Notes: a model not told the origin generated them from the sequence alone. A stretch of DNA of 64,000 nt from Pseudomonadota bacterium (GCA_040388075.1 JAZKCN010000002.1:35382-99381), one strand, 5' to 3'. Positions 37,508 through 47,890 are shown, numbered from the stretch's first letter. Translations and numbers: made by a program.

Positions 37508-40500
37508 TGCAGGCAGAAGAATCGTCACCACCCGTCCGGCAACGGCGATGGCTCAAGGCACTTGCTGCTGTTCTCGTTTCGACTGTACTGCTGGCCGTGC
37601 TGGCCACCACTGCGCTGTGGGTTTGGGCAGGCACAGACGGTTCGCTGGCCACCGGCCTGCGCTGGGTCGCGCAATACCAGCCACTGCGATCTGAAGGGGC
37701 CGCCGGTTCGCTGCGCAAGGGCGGTGAAGTCAAACGCCTGCTGTGGCAAAAAGATGGCATGACAGTTGAGGCCAGCAACGTGACGTTGTCATGGCAACCG
37801 TTTTCATTGCTGCAGGGCACACTCAAACTCAACCGTTTTGGCGCCAGCAGCGTACGGATTGACGACCAGCGCGCGCCATCGACCACACCGCTGCTGCCAC
37901 CTGTGGCGCTGGACCTGCCGCTACGCATCGCCCTTGATGATTTTGCAATCGGTGTACTGCAATGGGCCGGCCCACCTGCATGGGAAGTCAAAGGCATTTC
38001 TGGCAACTACCTGTATACCGGCCTGAGCCATGAACTGAAGTTGGGCCATGCGCAATTCGCCAGCGGCCACTACGAGGGCAAAGCCACGCTGGGCTCGCTG
38101 CAACCGTTGCAGCTGGATGCATTGTTCTCGGGCACGCTGGATGCGCCGGTGCCCGGTCGTACCAGCACATTGCCGCTATCCTTCACGGCCAGCGCCAAAG
38201 GCCCGCTGGTGGAACTGGCAGTCAGGGCCGCCATGCAGATGCAGGCCACCACGACCACCAGGAAAATCACGGCCAATGCACCTCACGCAACCGCCACGGC
38301 ACGCATCACCGCATGGGCGGCGCAACCCGTGACCGAGGCAGATGCCAGCTTCCGCTCGTTGAACATCGCGGCTTTGTGGCCCGATGCACCACAAACCGCA
38401 TTGACAGGCCAGGCCAGCGTGCGACCATCGGCAACAACGACCAGCGTGACAACTGCAGCGTGGGTACTGAACACAAAAATCACCAACGAACTCCCAGGCC
38501 CCTGGGACAAAAAGCGCTTGCCGTTGGAAAACCTGCAGGCTCAGGGTGAATGGCGCAATGGCGCAGCGGTGATACGCACACTGAAGGCCGGTGTCGGTGG
38601 CGGTGAGTTGCTCGCCAGCGGCGAGTGGCTGGGCACGCCGCCATCCAGCACGCCCACCTCCAAATCCACATCCACTAGCGCCACCATCAAGCAGGACTGG
38701 GCACTGCAAGCCACACTGCAGCGCATCAACCCTGCGCTGCTTCACACACAGCTGGCGGCCCTGCCGCTGGATGGCAAGGCGACTGCGCGTAGCCTGGGGC
38801 CGCTGATTTCATTTGATGCCGGGGTTCAATCAGCAGGCGGCGCGGCTGCGAAGACCAATCCGCTGGCGCAACTACGTTTGCGCGACGCCACGGCTACCGG
38901 CAGCTGGAACGCAGCCCAGGCTGGCGGCACCTTGTTGCTGTCTGCACTGCGCATTCGCACTGACGATGCGGAACTGGCCGGCACACTGCAAGCACAAGCC
39001 GCAGCGCGCGGCGGCAACGCACAACTCAAACTCGCGGCACCCGGCATTGATGCGCAGTTGCAGGGCGAGCTGCGCCCGGCCAGTGGCGCAGGCACGCTGA
39101 AAATCGATGCACGCGACGCACAACAGGCCCTGCGCTGGCTGCAGCGCCTGCCGGGCATACCAGCAGCCTGGATGCGGGCATCGGCAGCGGGCAAGGCAGA
39201 CCTTAACCTGAACTGGCAAGGCGGCTGGCAAGACCCGGCACTGCAGGCCAGACTTGACGTGCCTTCGCTCGACTGGCGCACGCCGGGCGCCGCAGTGATG
39301 CCGGCCAGCGTTGCCCTATCTACCTCTACAACGTTCGTGAACACAACGACCGCAGCACCGCCCGCCACCCTCAAGTTCCGCAATGTGCAGGCCTCCGTCG
39401 CCGGCAAACTCAGCCAGGCGCAGATTGCCGTCAACGGCAGGCTGGAGGCCGATCAACGCCGCTACAACATGCAGCTGGCAGCCGATGGCGGACGCATCAC
39501 TTCAGGCAGGCAAGACGCGACGCAGGGCTGGGACACCGCGGCATGGCAGGCCGTCATCAAACAGTTCAACGTCTCGGCAGAAGATCCGGCTCTGGGCGAA
39601 GGTACATGGCGACTGGCGACTCGCAACAGCTTCAACCTGCGCTGGACACCGGCATCAACAGGCAGCACCCTTGAAACCAGCGCTGGTGAAGCCGTGCTGA
39701 TTGCACCGACACGTACCAACGTTGCAGCTTCACAGGCTGTCATCCAGTGGCAGCCCGTGCGATGGCGCGGCAAAGAGCTGCTAACGGCTGGCAAGATCAC
39801 AGGCCTGCCATTGGCATGGATAGAACTGTTTGCCGGCCCGCAGATGGCGGGAGCAGGACTGACGGGCAACCTCGTCTTTGATGGCGCATGGGACGCCACG
39901 CTGGGCGACAAACTCAGCGTCAAGGCCAGCCTCGCGCGCGCCAGTGGCGACATCACGGTACAGGGCGAAGTAGCAGGCGGCGCGGCAACCCGTGTCGCGG
40001 CCGGTGTGAAGGAAGCGCGCCTCACACTTGACACAAACACTGACGGTAGCGGCGATGCGCTCAACCTCGCGCTGCGCTGGGACAGCGAACGCGCCGGTTC
40101 CGCAGACGGCCAGTTAAGCACACGGCTGTCACGCGATCCGGCAGGCGGCTGGGCCTGGCCTGCAGATGCACCGCTACGCGGGCAGTTACGGGCGCAGCTT
40201 CCGCGCATAGGCGTCTGGTCGGTGCTGGCACCGCCGGGCTGGCGTTTGCGCGGCACCCTGGGTGCCGATGTCGCCATCAGCGGAACACGCGGCCTGCCGC
40301 AATTCGCGGGTGACCTGACGGCCAATGATCTGGCGCTGCGATCCGTGGTGGATGGCATCGAGTTTGGCAATGGCCGCCTGCGCGCACAGCTGGACGGCAC
40401 ACGCATGCGCATCAGCGAATTCACACTGCAGGGCGCGGGCACCAACAACACGGGCGGCACACTCACTGCACAGGGCGAAGCGGCCTGGGTGGACGGCAAG

Positions 40501-41508
40501 CCGCAGGCGCAACTCGATGCAAAGCTCGACAAACTGCGCGCCAGCATACGTACCGACAGGCAGGTCACGCTCTCGGGTGACCTGCAGGCAAAACTCGATG
40601 GCAAGCTGGCGCAGTTCACCGGCAACCTGAAGGTCGACCAGGCCCGCATCCTGCTGCCTGATGAAGGTACACCGCAACTTGGCGATGACGTCGTGGTGCG
40701 CAGCGCCTCGGGCGCAGCCGCCGGTCAAAAAGCCCCGGCAGAAGCGAATGCACCAAGAGCAGCCAGGCCAGCCACATCAGCCGATGCCCGTGCATTGAAG
40801 ATCGCCGTCAACATCGATCTGGGCCAGGACTTCCGGGTGCAGGGCAAGGGCATGGACACCCGCATACGCGGCACGCTGGCACTGACTGGCGATTCCATCA
40901 CCGAACCGCGTCTGGTCGGCACCGTCAACACCTTTGGCGGCCAGTACCGGGCCTATGGCCAGCGCCTTGATGTCGAGCAGGGCATGCTGCGCTTCAGTGG
41001 TCCCATAGACAACCCCGCACTCGACATACTGGCGATACGCCCCAACCTCACGCAACGCGTCGGCGTGCAGATCACCGGCACCGCCCTGCTGCCCCGCGTG
41101 CGCCTGTACGCACAACCCGAACTTCCCGACGCCGAGAAACTTTCATGGCTGGTGGTGGGCCGTGCAGCTGCATCGGGTGGCGCAGAAGCCGCCCTGCTGC
41201 AGCAGGCCGCGCTGGCATTGCTTGGCAGCAAGAGCGGCAGCATGTCGGGCGGGCTGGCCGCATCGCTGGGCCTGGATGAGTTGTCATACCGCGGCGCGGC
41301 CAACAACACCGACGGCACCACGACTGAAGGCGCTGTCACACTGGGTAAACGCTTCTCGCGTAACTTCTACGCCGCCTATGAACGCAGCATCTCGGGCGCC
41401 CTGGGCACCCTGTTTGTGTTCTATGACCTGTCGCAGCGCTTCACGGTACGCGCCCAGGCCGGCCAGCAAAGTGCGGTCGACCTGATCTATACATTCCAGT
41501 ACGACTAG
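37507..41508 (+). CDS. tamB: Translocation and assembly module TamB
   Basis: N-terminal TM, C-terminal DUF490 features (Y.AYGQRL, DNPALDI, LGKRFS, DLIYTF); coupled to tamA. Confidence 0.9.
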   Translation: MQAEESSPPVRQRRWLKALAAVLVSTVLLAVLATTALWVWAGTDGSLATGLRWVAQYQPLRSEGAAGSLRKGGEVKRLLWQKDGMTVEASNVTLSWQPFSLLQGTLKLNRFGASSVRIDDQRAPSTTPLLPPVALDLPLRIALDDFAIGVLQWAGPPAWEVKGISGNYLYTGLSHELKLGHAQFASGHYEGKATLGSLQPLQLDALFSGTLDAPVPGRTSTLPLSFTASAKGPLVELAVRAAMQMQATTTTRKITANAPHATATARITAWAAQPVTEADASFRSLNIAALWPDAPQTALTGQASVRPSATTTSVTTAAWVLNTKITNELPGPWDKKRLPLENLQAQGEWRNGAAVIRTLKAGVGGGELLASGEWLGTPPSSTPTSKSTSTSATIKQDWALQATLQRINPALLHTQLAALPLDGKATARSLGPLISFDAGVQSAGGAAAKTNPLAQLRLRDATATGSWNAAQAGGTLLLSALRIRTDDAELAGTLQAQAAARGGNAQLKLAAPGIDAQLQGELRPASGAGTLKIDARDAQQALRWLQRLPGIPAAWMRASAAGKADLNLNWQGGWQDPALQARLDVPSLDWRTPGAAVMPASVALSTSTTFVNTTTAAPPATLKFRNVQASVAGKLSQAQIAVNGRLEADQRRYNMQLAADGGRITSGRQDATQGWDTAAWQAVIKQFNVSAEDPALGEGTWRLATRNSFNLRWTPASTGSTLETSAGEAVLIAPTRTNVAASQAVIQWQPVRWRGKELLTAGKITGLPLAWIELFAGPQMAGAGLTGNLVFDGAWDATLGDKLSVKASLARASGDITVQGEVAGGAATRVAAGVKEARLTLDTNTDGSGDALNLALRWDSERAGSADGQLSTRLSRDPAGGWAWPADAPLRGQLRAQLPRIGVWSVLAPPGWRLRGTLGADVAISGTRGLPQFAGDLTANDLALRSVVDGIEFGNGRLRAQLDGTRMRISEFTLQGAGTNNTGGTLTAQGEAAWVDGKPQAQLDAKLDKLRASIRTDRQVTLSGDLQAKLDGKLAQFTGNLKVDQARILLPDEGTPQLGDDVVVRSASGAAAGQKAPAEANAPRAARPATSADARALKIAVNIDLGQDFRVQGKGMDTRIRGTLALTGDSITEPRLVGTVNTFGGQYRAYGQRLDVEQGMLRFSGPIDNPALDILAIRPNLTQRVGVQITGTALLPRVRLYAQPELPDAEKLSWLVVGRAAASGGAEAALLQQAALALLGSKSGSMSGGLAASLGLDELSYRGAANNTDGTTTEGAVTLGKRFSRNFYAAYERSISGALGTLFVFYDLSQRFTVRAQAGQQSAVDLIYTFQYD

Positions 41509-41572
41509 GGCTGCCGCAAGCCCAATCGCCACCGAATACAATCACCCTTTCCCCGCTGCAACGGCGGGTGCT

Positions 41573-41647
41573 GCGGCCATAGTTCAATGGATAGAACGGC
41601 CCCCTCCTAAGGGGCAGATAGGGGTTCGATTCCCTTTGGCCGCACCA
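41573..41647 (+). tRNA. tRNA-Arg (anticodon CCT)
   Basis: Acceptor stem GCGGCCA/TGGCCGC, anticodon arm GCCCC-CT-CCT-AA-GGGGC, GGTTCGATTCC T-loop, encoded CCA. Confidence 0.97.
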
Positions 41648-41723
41648 GTATTCGCATGCAGGCCACATCGCCACAAACAACCGGCGGCATTACGCGCGTG
41701 TCGGCATCAACGACGCAGACGTA

Positions 41724-41939
41724 TCACTGATCACTTGTATCTACCGGCTGATCCACAAAGAGGTTACAAATAACCCGTCTCATCCATTTATTGGCTGGAT
41801 CCTGGTGACTTCTTTCATGCCAGAACAGGCGCACCTCGAATTTCGGGATATCAATTGGCAGATTAAAAATTCCCAGTCCCCTCAGTTGCCTGCCGATCGC
41901 GGCCATCTGGGGCAAAACTGCAAGCAAGTCAACTTCATG
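41724..41939 (-). pseudogene. Remnant of a LysR-family C-terminal domain (NodD/NahR-like)
   Basis: EVDLLAVLPQ..LPIDIPKFEVRLFWHERSHQDPANKWMRRVICNLF-stop; similarity ends at a C11 run; no HTH upstream. Confidence 0.7.
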
Positions 41940-42056
41940 CCCCCCCCCCCTCTCGGCGCGAACATACCGCCGGGGTGTCGGGGTGCCGGGGTGCCGGGGT
42001 TCGGTAGGATTGACCAGCCAAGACATTGAATGACTGAATATGGAGGCCGAAAACCC

Positions 42057-43226
42057 ATGAATTTTGAGATCCCCGAAGAACTGCGGATGCTGCGTGAATC
42101 TGTACGACGTTTTGTAGACGAAGAGCTCATGCCGTACGAAAGCCGGTATGCGAACGATCCGGATATACCTGATGATTTGAGAAAGACCCTGCAGGACAAG
42201 GCGAAGGCACTCGGATTCTGGGCTTTTGACCTGCCCGAGGATGTGGGTGGCGGCGGCGTCGGCTATCTCGGCATGTGTGTGGTGATGGAGGAACTTGCGC
42301 GATGCACCGTTCCTTCGTTCCGCGCGCCGACTGTTTTCACACCGTACCTCGGTTCGGTTCTGTTTAGTTGCAATGCCGAACAAAAACAGAAGTATCTTCT
42401 TCCGGTTGTGCGCGGCGAGAAGCGAACCTGCTTTGCGCTGACGGAACCTAACGGCGGTTCCGATCCCTCGCAAATGAGGACAACGGCCGTGCGCGAAGGG
42501 GACAACTACCGGATCAACGGAAACAAGATTTTCATCACCGGCGCAGACAAGGCCGACTTCGTTCAACTTTTTGCACGCACCGGCGATGGGCAAAAAGGGG
42601 CAGCAGTCTCCTGCTTTCTTATTGATCGAGACACACCAGGCATGCGCCTGGGGCAAAATTTTGAGCTCATGTCACCTGACCGTCCGTGGGAACTGGTGCT
42701 GGACAACGTTCTGGTGCACGAAAGCCAGATGGTGGGTTCTCCGGGTCAGGGGTGGGAACTTGCAAGGAGTTTTCTGGACGTTGGCCGGTTAATCCACGGC
42801 CCCAAAGCGATCGGAAGGGCCGAGCGTGCGTTGGGCATGGCCATCGATTATGCAAAGCAGCGACATACGTTTGGCCAAGCACTATCGAACAGGCAGGCCA
42901 TTCAATGGATGATCGCCGACTCGGCAGTAGAGCTTCATGCAGCACGCCTGATGACTTATCACGCTGCCTGGAAAGCGGATCAGGGCCTGAACTTCCACGC
43001 AGAAGCATCCCAGGTCAAACTTTACGCCGATGACGTCTACATGCGAATTGTCGACAGGGCGATTCAGATCCACGGCGGGCTGGGCCTTTCCAGGGAACTT
43101 CCTCTCGAACTGATGTACCGGGATGCCAGAAGCCGCACCATCACCGAAGGCTCGTCCGAGATGCAAAGAACAATCATTGCAAAGGAGATGCTGGGCGGCA
43201 AATCTCCAATCAACCGATTCTCATGA
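42057..43226 (+). CDS. Acyl-CoA dehydrogenase family protein
   Basis: CFALTEPNGGSD, INGNKIFIT, RHTFGQAL..RQAIQ, QIHGGLG, ITEGSSEMQR; TGGAGG RBS. Confidence 0.93.
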   Translation: MNFEIPEELRMLRESVRRFVDEELMPYESRYANDPDIPDDLRKTLQDKAKALGFWAFDLPEDVGGGGVGYLGMCVVMEELARCTVPSFRAPTVFTPYLGSVLFSCNAEQKQKYLLPVVRGEKRTCFALTEPNGGSDPSQMRTTAVREGDNYRINGNKIFITGADKADFVQLFARTGDGQKGAAVSCFLIDRDTPGMRLGQNFELMSPDRPWELVLDNVLVHESQMVGSPGQGWELARSFLDVGRLIHGPKAIGRAERALGMAIDYAKQRHTFGQALSNRQAIQWMIADSAVELHAARLMTYHAAWKADQGLNFHAEASQVKLYADDVYMRIVDRAIQIHGGLGLSRELPLELMYRDARSRTITEGSSEMQRTIIAKEMLGGKSPINRFS

Positions 43227-43389
43227 AACGGATTTTTTGCGAATGCCACCGACTGCAACCCGACTAGACAGCGGAAGTCCAGAATGAACCTGGCAATGGC
43301 CAGGCGGAAAACCCAGGAAGTCGAAAAAGACCTGGTGGTGTGACAGACACGGCAGCCCTGGAAAAGCTGCCGGCTATCGCACAAGGGGA

Positions 43390-44370
43390 TCAGTTGTCCA
43401 GCCTTGCGCCGGCTTCGCGCACCTTCTTTTCGGCCAGCTTGCGGTCGGTCACCAGGAAGGTTGCGAATTGTTCCGGCGTTTCTGCTTGTGGTTCAAAGGC
43501 AAACGGGTCCAGGGTTTTTTCGACGAAGGCCGGATCGGCCAGCACCTTGCGGTTGGCGTTGACCATCGCGTCGATCACAGGCTTGGGTGTGCCCTTTGGC
43601 ACGGTCAGGCCGATGAAGAAGTAGGACTGGGTATTGGGAAAACCAGCTTCCGCAAAGGTCGGCACGTTCGGGACCATCTTGGCGCGCTTGCTGCCGTTGA
43701 TGGCGAGGATCTTCATCTTGCCGTTGGCCAGATAGGGCGTGGCTGCGGTGATGCCGGCCATCATGGCCTGCACCTGCCCACCCAGCATGTCCTGCACCGC
43801 TGGAGCAATGCCCTTGTAGGCGATGTGGGGCATGTCCAGGCCTTCCTGCCGCAGGAAGGCATCGAAGTGCACGTGAACCGCGCTACCCGTGCCTGCCGAT
43901 CCGTAGTTGTACTTGCCAGGGTTGGCCTTGATCAGCGCGACGAACTCCTTCATGTTGTTGACGGGCAGCTTGCCGTCGACGATGAGTGCCATGTTGACGA
44001 AGGTCACACGGCTGACCGGAACCAGGTCGGTCAGTGGGTTGTAGGGCAGTTTCTTGAACAGGAACTGATTGGTGGAGAACGTCGGGTCGGCACCCCAGAG
44101 CACCGTGTAACCGTCGGCAGGTGACTTCGCCACCAGCTCTGCGGCAATCACCTCATTGGCGCCTGCGCGGTTGTCGACCAGCACGGGCTGACCCCATTCT
44201 TTCGACAGGCGTTCTGCGTAACCACGCGCCACACCATCAACCGGGCCGCCGGCAGAGTAGGGCACGATCAGTTTGACGGGCTTGTTCGGAAAGGCCTGCG
44301 CCATTGCCTGTGACGACAGCAGACAGGCTGTGCCGAGCAGCAGGGATTTGATGAATGTCTTCGTTGTCAT
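43390..44370 (-). CDS. Bug/TctC substrate-binding protein
   Basis: VPYSAGGPVD, DNRAGAN, HIAYKG. Confidence 0.9.
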   Translation of the reverse strand: MTTKTFIKSLLLGTACLLSSQAMAQAFPNKPVKLIVPYSAGGPVDGVARGYAERLSKEWGQPVLVDNRAGANEVIAAELVAKSPADGYTVLWGADPTFSTNQFLFKKLPYNPLTDLVPVSRVTFVNMALIVDGKLPVNNMKEFVALIKANPGKYNYGSAGTGSAVHVHFDAFLRQEGLDMPHIAYKGIAPAVQDMLGGQVQAMMAGITAATPYLANGKMKILAINGSKRAKMVPNVPTFAEAGFPNTQSYFFIGLTVPKGTPKPVIDAMVNANRKVLADPAFVEKTLDPFAFEPQAETPEQFATFLVTDRKLAEKKVREAGARLDN

Positions 44371-44513
44371 GGTTGTCTCCGGTTACGGGTGGTTTTTATT
44401 GACGATAGGGACATGAGTAGCCAAAAAGGCTGGCCCGGACAGCCCTCATAAATTTCCGGGCAGCGACCGGCAAGGATGCGTCACGCGCATCCAGATGCGT
44501 ACGGTTTGAGGCT

Positions 44514-45497
44514 TCAGTTTTCCAGGCGCGCACCCGCTTCGCGAATGCGTTTTTCCGCGACCTTGCGGTCCTCGACCAGGAACCTGGCGAATTGCTCAGG
44601 GGTTTCGCTGACCGCTTCATAGCCAAACGGATCGAGCGACTTCTCGATGAATTCAGCGTCGGCTGCCACCTTGCGGTTGGCAGTGGCAATTGCGTCGATG
44701 ATGTTTTTGGGCGTGCCTTTCGGGACGGCAAAGCCAACGTAGAAGAAAGCCTGGGTATTGGGGAAACCCGCTTCAGCATAGGTCGGCACATCGGGCAGGG
44801 ATTTGGTGCGCTGTTTGCCGTTGACAGCCAGCAGCTTCATTTTTCCTGACGCAAGGTGGGGTTTGGCCACGGTGATGCCGCCCATGGTGGCCTGTATCTG
44901 GCCGCTCAGGATGTCCTGCAATGCAGAAGCGGTTCCCTTGTAGGCGATGTGGGTCATCTCCAGGCCCTGCTGGCGCAGGAAGGCATCGAACTGGACATGC
45001 GCTGCAGTCCCGGCGCCTGCGGAGTAGTTGAACTTGCCGGGGTTGGCCTTGACCAGCGACACGAACTCTTTCAGGTTGTTGGGCGGGAAGGCGCCGCTCA
45101 CGATGATGCCCATGTTCACGATGGCGATACGGCTGACGGGCACGAGATCCCTGACCGGGTCATAAGGCAGTTTCTTGAAGAGGAACTGGTTGGTCGCAAA
45201 AGTCGGGTCGGCCCCGAAGAGGATGGTGTAGCCGTCGGTGGGACCCTTGGCGACAAAGTCGGCCGCGATCACTTCATTGGCCCCGACCTTGTTTTCAACC
45301 ACCACGGGCTGGTTCCAGATCTTGGACAGCCGGTCCGCTGCGCCACGGGCCACACCGTCTACGGGGCCGCCCGGTGGGTAAGGCACCACAAGTTTGACCG
45401 GCCTGTTCGGGTAGCCCTGCGCCATCGCCTGCGTGGCAAGCAGGCATACGGCCGTCAATGCGCAAGCGCGAAAAAATACGTTCAGTTTTTCTTTCAT
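44514..45497 (-). CDS. Bug/TctC substrate-binding protein (tandem paralog)
   Basis: VPYPPGGPVD, ENKVGAN, HIAYKG; CAGGAG RBS before ATG 45497. Confidence 0.9.
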   Translation of the reverse strand: MKEKLNVFFRACALTAVCLLATQAMAQGYPNRPVKLVVPYPPGGPVDGVARGAADRLSKIWNQPVVVENKVGANEVIAADFVAKGPTDGYTILFGADPTFATNQFLFKKLPYDPVRDLVPVSRIAIVNMGIIVSGAFPPNNLKEFVSLVKANPGKFNYSAGAGTAAHVQFDAFLRQQGLEMTHIAYKGTASALQDILSGQIQATMGGITVAKPHLASGKMKLLAVNGKQRTKSLPDVPTYAEAGFPNTQAFFYVGFAVPKGTPKNIIDAIATANRKVAADAEFIEKSLDPFGYEAVSETPEQFARFLVEDRKVAEKRIREAGARLEN

Positions 45498-45568
45498 GTT
45501 CGATGTCTCCTGTTGTGGAAAAGGTCTTCGGGTTGTTGTCTGCGTGTGTCTCTTGGTGCCACCGGGTC

Positions 45569-46522
45569 TCAAAGCCCGACCAGCGTGGCGGCGTTGGTCG
45601 ACACCATCTTGCGAACGTCGGCTTCGCTGTAGCCGAGATCGAGACAGGTTTCGATCACGTCGAGGAAACCGTCGACAAGTCGGGGGTTGCCCACCTGGCC
45701 GAGGTCGGAGCCGAGGATGGTGCTGTCCACCCCCGCGGCCTTTATCAGGCTGTCGAGCGTTGCGGGTTCGTAAATCCGCCACTTCGCCAGTTCTGAAAAC
45801 ATACACATCGAATGCTCGATGGCCACACCCATGCCCGCGAGACGAGTGATGTCTTCCAGCGTGGCATCGATCACATAAGTCGGGTGGTTGCAAAGCAGGC
45901 GTTTCACGCCGCGACGTTTTGCTTCGTCGAACAGCGGCCAGATCTCGCTGATGTGCAGATGGCCCGATGACAACACCACATCGTGCTCGGCAATCGCATC
46001 AAGGATGGCAAACACCTCGGGCAGCAGCTTGCCTGCGGCGTCCAGCACGGTCAGCGGCGTGGCTGCCTTCATGGGTTTTTTCGAATAAGGAAAGCCGGGT
46101 GTGGCGCCGTTCTTGTGGTGCTCGATGTGGTTCTTCGCCGAGAACGTGGGCATCCACACCAGCTTTGCGCCGAGAGCGATGCCGTGCTCCACCGCATAGA
46201 TGTTCAGGCCGCCCGCCTGGTTGTTCAGCGGCACGCCCGACAACAGCGTGACCTTCATGTGGCTGAAGTGCTTGTTGAGCAATTCCGTCACCGGGGTGGC
46301 CGAGTAGTAATGGTCCTTGATGAGCAGCGCGCGCACGCCGGCTTCCGAGGCCTCCTGCATGGCCTCGTAGTGGTCGAAGTAACGCGGCATCACCGAGGGG
46401 CCGCTGTGGCAATGCAGATCGACTGCGCCCTTGAGCAACAACCGGCTGAGGCCGGGGTTGCTGGTGCGCCACTCACCCCTGGGCGGGGTGCCTGTTCTGG
46501 CGTTTTGAATCACTTGCGTCAT
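45569..46522 (-). CDS. Amidohydrolase-like metal-dependent TIM-barrel protein (DUF6282-like)
   Basis: DLHCHSGP, IKDH, VWMPT, SSGH, NHP, LGSDLGQ. Confidence 0.75.
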   Translation of the reverse strand: MTQVIQNARTGTPPRGEWRTSNPGLSRLLLKGAVDLHCHSGPSVMPRYFDHYEAMQEASEAGVRALLIKDHYYSATPVTELLNKHFSHMKVTLLSGVPLNNQAGGLNIYAVEHGIALGAKLVWMPTFSAKNHIEHHKNGATPGFPYSKKPMKAATPLTVLDAAGKLLPEVFAILDAIAEHDVVLSSGHLHISEIWPLFDEAKRRGVKRLLCNHPTYVIDATLEDITRLAGMGVAIEHSMCMFSELAKWRIYEPATLDSLIKAAGVDSTILGSDLGQVGNPRLVDGFLDVIETCLDLGYSEADVRKMVSTNAATLVGL

Positions 46523-46541
46523 GGCTGTCCTTTGCGGCGAT

Positions 46542-47294
46542 CTATCGCTGCGCGCCCATCACGTTGAGGCAGGCGCCTGTCACCAGCGATGCCTTGTCGG
46601 ACAGGAACCAGACGATGGTTTCAGCCACTTCTTCAGGACGGCCTGCACGGCCCAGCGGGGTCGCGGCGCCGGCTTCGGCAACGCGGTCGCCCTGGCCGGT
46701 CTTGCCATGCATGGGGGTGTCCACCATGCCGGGACGAATAGAGTTGACGCGAATGCCTTCACGCGCCAGTTCGACCCCCATGCCCATGGACATGGTGTCA
46801 ACGGCCGCTTTCGAACCTGCGTAGTGGATGAAGCGTCCCGGTGAACCAGTGAGCGCACCGATGGACGACACATTGACGATGGAGCCACCCTTGCCGCCGG
46901 TTTTTGTCGACATGCGCTTGACCGCCTCGCGGCATGAAATCAACACGCCGGCAGCGTTGACACCCAGCACCCGCATGACCTCTTCAAACGTGTAGTCCAC
47001 CATTTTTGTATGCGTTGGCGAATTGACGCCCGCGTTGTTGACGACACCAGTGACCGGGCCAAAGGCCTTGTCGGTTTCTGCATAGAGGCGAACGATGTCG
47101 GCTTCCTTGCCCATGTCGGCCTGCACCGCGATGGCTTTGCCGCCCAGCGCCTTGACTTCGGCGACTACACCCTCGGCCAGCGCCTTCGAGCTGACGTAAT
47201 TGATGACGATGCTCGCGCCCTGCGCCCCAAGAATGCGGGCCGTGGCCGCGCCAATGCCGCTGCTGGCGCCGGTGATGATGATGACTTCAGACAT
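46542..47294 (-). CDS. SDR family oxidoreductase
   Basis: TGASSGIG, VNNAG, YAGSK, IRPGMVDT. Confidence 0.92.
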   Translation of the reverse strand: MSEVIIITGASSGIGAATARILGAQGASIVINYVSSKALAEGVVAEVKALGGKAIAVQADMGKEADIVRLYAETDKAFGPVTGVVNNAGVNSPTHTKMVDYTFEEVMRVLGVNAAGVLISCREAVKRMSTKTGGKGGSIVNVSSIGALTGSPGRFIHYAGSKAAVDTMSMGMGVELAREGIRVNSIRPGMVDTPMHGKTGQGDRVAEAGAATPLGRAGRPEEVAETIVWFLSDKASLVTGACLNVMGAQR

Positions 47295-47370
47295 GTGTTT
47301 ACCTTGAGAAAAATTTGGCTGCTGTTCAGGCACGGATTAAAAATTGCGGTGGCCTGTGCCGCGCTGCAAT

Positions 47371-47847
47371 TCAGGCCTTGCCATCCAGGTTGGGGTTGGT
47401 GATAGGCGCACCGCCTTCAAACCAGTGCTCGAAGCGGCGGTAGGTGCAGAGCCAGCGGCCGTCTGCCGCACGCTTGTAGCGGTCCGTCGCCAGGGAAATC
47501 GTGATCGGTGCGTGCGTCGGCAGGATGCGCACGCCGTTGGCCGCATACAGGCACAGGTAGTTGGTGGCTTCCGCCGTGTCTGCACCGGTGAACCAGGCCC
47601 TGAAGTTGGTGAAGCTGTGGACCGACAGGCGCGGGCCCTGCGCGATGCGCCAGTCGTAGAACTGCTGGATCTTCGGCTTGCCCAGGTAGGACGCAGCCTG
47701 GCCGTGAAATTCGGCATCGTCGGTGTAGTAACTGTGGGCGTTCTTGCCACCATTGACATCGATCTCGTTCCAGTATTCAGACAGTTGCAGCGATAGCAGG
47801 GCGTTAAGTTTCAGGGTGTCGTCGTTGACCATGGGCGGTAGTTCCAT
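47371..47847 (-). CDS. SnoaL/NTF2-like protein
   Basis: YWNEID...YYTDDA, H..TNF, GRWL..YRRF; start at 47847 or 47832. Confidence 0.7.
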   Translation of the reverse strand: MELPPMVNDDTLKLNALLSLQLSEYWNEIDVNGGKNAHSYYTDDAEFHGQAASYLGKPKIQQFYDWRIAQGPRLSVHSFTNFRAWFTGADTAEATNYLCLYAANGVRILPTHAPITISLATDRYKRAADGRWLCTYRRFEHWFEGGAPITNPNLDGKA

Positions 47848-47890
47848 CAAAAAAAAAGGTAGATGCGTAAAAAGCGGCTGCCGGCCCGAA

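Noticed and set aside
41724-42656. 310-aa minus-strand ORF as a full gene
   Set aside because: Only the last ~70 aa are LysR-like; the rest is antisense to the acyl-CoA dehydrogenase and repeat-derived
44514-45893. 459-aa extended Bug ORF (also the extensions to 7893 and 16198)
   Set aside because: RBS and signal peptides support starts at 45497, 7509 and 16060; the extensions are not protein-like or overlap other genes
47849-47857. A9 run as a phase-variation tract
   Set aside because: It lies in a short intra-operon spacer upstream of the likely start, so slippage would not shift a frame
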